64,000 nucleotides of DNA, taken from Anaeramoeba ignava BMAN. Its lineage: Eukaryota; Protista; Anaeramoebae. Both the position numbers and the translations under genes were made by a program. Below the pieces are notes generated by a model. That model ran no database searches and had not been told where the DNA came from. It worked only from the letters and a program-made list of their open reading frames with translations. The stretch is taken from assembly GCA_028826165.1 (NCBI GenBank), contig JAPDFW010000099.1:1-64000 (forward strand), given 5' to 3'. Below are positions 60,911 through 64,000 of the stretch, piece by piece (the first letter of the stretch is position 1; every line of letters begins with the position of its first letter).

Positions 60911-62832
60911 TTATTTATTTATTTTTTTGATTTAATTATTTATTTAATTATTTATTTTTATTGATTTAATTATTTTGGAATTTAATTATTTTGGATTTAA
61001 TTATTTGGATTTATTTATTTATTTAGTTTATTTAATTATTTTTTAATTATTTAATTATTTATTTATTATTTGGATTTAATTATTTTATTTTTATTTTTTA
61101 TTTAATTTATTTATTTAATTATTTTAGTTTAATTATTTTTGGATTTAATTATTTTGGATTTAATTATTTATTTATTTATTTTGGTTTAATTATTTTGGAT
61201 TTAATTATTTATTTAATTATTTTGGATTTAATTATTTTTGAATTTAATTATTTTGGATTTAATTATTTTATTTAATTATTTTGGATTTAATTATTTAGTT
61301 TAATTATTTTTAGTTTGATTATTGATTTGATTATTGATTTAATTATTTTAATTTAATTATTTTGAATTTAATTATTTATTTAATTATTTTTGGATTTAAT
61401 TATTTTGAATTTAATTATTTTGATTTAATTATTTTGATTTAATTATTTTTGGATTTTAATTATTTTGAATTTAATTATTTATTTAATTATTTTGGATTTA
61501 ATTATTTATTTAATTATTTTGGATTTAATTATTTATTTAATTATTTTGGATTTAATTATTTTGGATTTAATTATTTATTTAATTATTTATTTATTTTTGG
61601 ATTTTGATTATTGATTTAATTATTTTGAATTTAATTATTTTGGATTTAATTGATTTATTGATTAATTTTAATTATTTATTTAATTATTTTGGATTTAATT
61701 ATTTATTTAATTATTTTGTATTTAATTATTTTGGATTTAATTATTGATTTAATTTAATTATTTATTTAATTATTTTGGATTTAATTATTTTATTTAATTA
61801 TTTTGGATTTAATTATTTTGGATTTAATTATTTTGGATTTAATTATTTTGAATTTAATTATTTATTTAATTATTTTTGGATTTAATTATTGATTTAATTA
61901 TTTTGAATTTTTATTTTTGATTTAATTATTATGGATTTAATTATTTATTTATTTATTTTGGATTTAATTATTTATTTAATTATTTTGGATTTAATTATTA
62001 TTTAATTATTTATTTAATTATTGGATTTAATTATTTTTGGATTTAATTATTTATTTAATTATTTTGATTTAATTATTTTGGATTTAATTATTATTTATTT
62101 ATTTATTTATTTATTTTGGATTTAATTATTTTTGGATTTAATTATTATTTAATTTATTTATTTAATTATTATGGATTTAATTATTTTTGAATTTAATTAT
62201 TTTTTAATTATTTATTTTATTATTGAGATTTAATTATTTATTTAATTATTTTGGATTTATTTATTTTGGATTTAATTATTTTGGATTTGATTATTGATTT
62301 AATTATTGATTTAATTATTTTGGATTTAATTATTTTGAATTTAATTATTTTGAATTTAATTATTTTGAATTTAATTATTTTGGATTTAATTATTTTGGAT
62401 TTAATTATTGATTTGATTATTTTGGATTTAATTATTGATTTAATTATTTTGGATTTAATTATTGATTTAATTATTTATTTAATTATTTTGGATTTAATTA
62501 TTTTGGATTTAATTATTTTGAATTTAATTATTTTGGATTTAATTATTTTGAATTAATTATTTATTTAATTAAAGATTTGGAAAAAAATTTTTTTTACCAT
62601 TTAAAGTAGCAATTATAAAAATTAAAATACTTGATTCATCTTGTAAATCATTTGGATCATATTCAGAAATTTCAAAAACTTGAGGAAAAAAAGTTGATAA
62701 TTTTTGGTCTAGCAATTTTTGTTTTAAAGTTAATGCAAATTTTTTAGTTGTTCCAGTTAAAGTACTATAAAGAATTTTAATATTAACTTTTTCTTCCTTT
62801 TTTTCTTTTTCTTCTTTTATATTTTCATTCAT
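58068..62832 (-). CDS. TYW1: tRNA wybutosine biosynthesis protein 1 (flavodoxin + radical SAM), multi-exon
   Basis: Flavodoxin ILYSTLTGTT; GTHSAVKLCRW; CYKHAFYGI; CANKCIFCWRH (CxxxCxxC); HCALSLVGEP; TNAQFP; TQLYLSIDAP; PDFVELKGVTY; ACEHAHS; WHTWIDF; TPDWALFGS. Confidence 0.96.
60034..62597 (-). repeat. 2.6-kb TYW1 intron made of (AAATAATTAAATCCA/AAATAATTAAAT)n
   Basis: GT at 62597-62596 and AAG ending at 60034 on the minus strand; phase-1 join N-G-G-P-P. Confidence 0.88.
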
Positions 62833-63254
62833 TTTTATTGTTTATTGTTTATTAAAATTTAATTTATTGAAAAGAAAAAAATGAAAAAAAAAAAGAAAAA
62901 AATTTTTTATTTAAATTCAATTTATTAGATATATATATTAATATTATTATATTAATAATTATATATAGATATTATTATTTATTTATTTATTTATTTTTTA
63001 ATTTTTTTTTAATTTTTTTTTTTCATTTTTTTTCTTTTCAATTAAAAATTTAAATTTTTAAATTCAAAAAAAAAAAAAACAACAAACAAAATCAATTAAA
63101 AATCAAAAAAAAAACAAAATCAAAAAAACAAAATCAAGATCAGGTTTTTTTTATTATTGATTGGATTTTAAACAAATTTTTGATATCAAAACAAATTCTT
63201 CTCTGTTTTTTTTTAAAACAACTCTTAATTTTTAATTACAAAATTTAATTATAA

Positions 63255-64000
63255 ATGATAAACGATCAAAATTTGTAAAAAAAAATTATTTTAATTTTAA
63301 TTTTAATTTTTATTTTTTAATTTTAATTTTAAATTTAATTTTTAATTAGAATTCGTAACTTTTAATTTTCTTTTAATTTAATTTAATCAACAATAAAAAA
63401 ATCAATTCTAAATTTTATTTATCATTTTATTAACAAAAAAAAAGTTAAAAGAACTTCTTCAGCTCCAGATTTTGAAACTTCAAAAAATAAAAAAAATCAA
63501 TTTAGAAATTTTCAATCAAAATCTGTAAATTTATATAATTTAATTTTAATAATTAAATTTTAATAATTAAATTTTTATAAATAAAATTTTTATAATAAAA
63601 TTTTTATAATTAAATTTTTATAAATTAAATTTTATAATTAAATTTTAATTATATAAATTTATATAATTAAATTTTTATAATTTAAATTTATATAATTAAA
63701 TTTTTATAAATTAAATTTTAATAATTAAATTTATATAATTAAATTTTAATAATTAAATTTATATAATTAAATTTTTATAATTAAATTTTTATAAATAAAA
63801 TTTTATAATTAAATTTTTATAATTTAAATTTTTAAAAGGGATTACCTTTAACAAATTCTGAAGTCCAAACTTTTCCAAGTTCAAAAATATCACAAAATCT
63901 TCATTTAACTTCAAACCTGATCAATGATAATCAAGTTTCAGAAAATAATAAGCAAACTGATTATTTTGATCAAATTGAAAATGAAATTGAAAATTTGAAT
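63255..64000 (+). CDS. 5' part of an unidentified multi-exon gene running off the window
   Basis: ATG at 63255; GT-AG joins give MINDQNL..TSSAPDFETSK..QSKS|GLPLTNSEVQ.., open to the window end. Confidence 0.5.

Noticed and set aside
1247-62556. Numerous ORFs of LKLK, ILIL, FNFN, KIIY, LDLII and similar composition
   Set aside because: They are translations of intronic or intergenic tandem repeats with periods of 6, 12 or 15 bp, not genes.
1-64000. Inteins/Hint domains, transposases, reverse transcriptases, tRNA/rRNA and a non-standard genetic code
   Set aside because: No supporting motifs were seen by eye. Conserved proteins end at ordinary TAA/TGA stops and translate with the standard code.

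Overview
Extremely AT-rich, intron-containing eukaryotic (protist) genomic DNA with about 22 protein-coding loci. No rRNA, tRNA, CRISPR or recognisable transposon was seen. The expanded RCC1-BTB, BTB-TLDc and FG-GAP families, the ENENEN/NQNQ tracts and the (AAAATT)n spacers resemble the anaerobic metamonad amoeba Anaeramoeba; this is inference, not verified. I spliced the genes by hand at GT..AG pairs. Conserved genes: a PH-Clu-TPR protein, an SRRM1-like PWI protein, Sec14/CRAL-TRIO, BRF1, RPN12, a DUF229 hydrolase, VPS41, CASP, an MscS-like channel, an Rh transporter, CKS1 and TYW1. Many single-base frameshifts fall in homopolymers and look like long-read errors. Main points of interest: (1) a multi-exon gene (17999-21868, minus) matching the class IB PI3K adaptor p101/p84 family, and the related PACS C-terminal region, along its length, although that family is normally regarded as animal-specific; (2) a tandem array of RCC1-BTB and BTB-TLDc genes with near-constant BTB regions and hypervariable two-residue loop positions, resembling a diversified receptor/Cullin3-adaptor repertoire; (3) introns inflated up to 4.6 kb by tandem repeats that avoid G and AG on the sense strand; (4) a degenerate 'ghost' copy of an exon inside the next intron.
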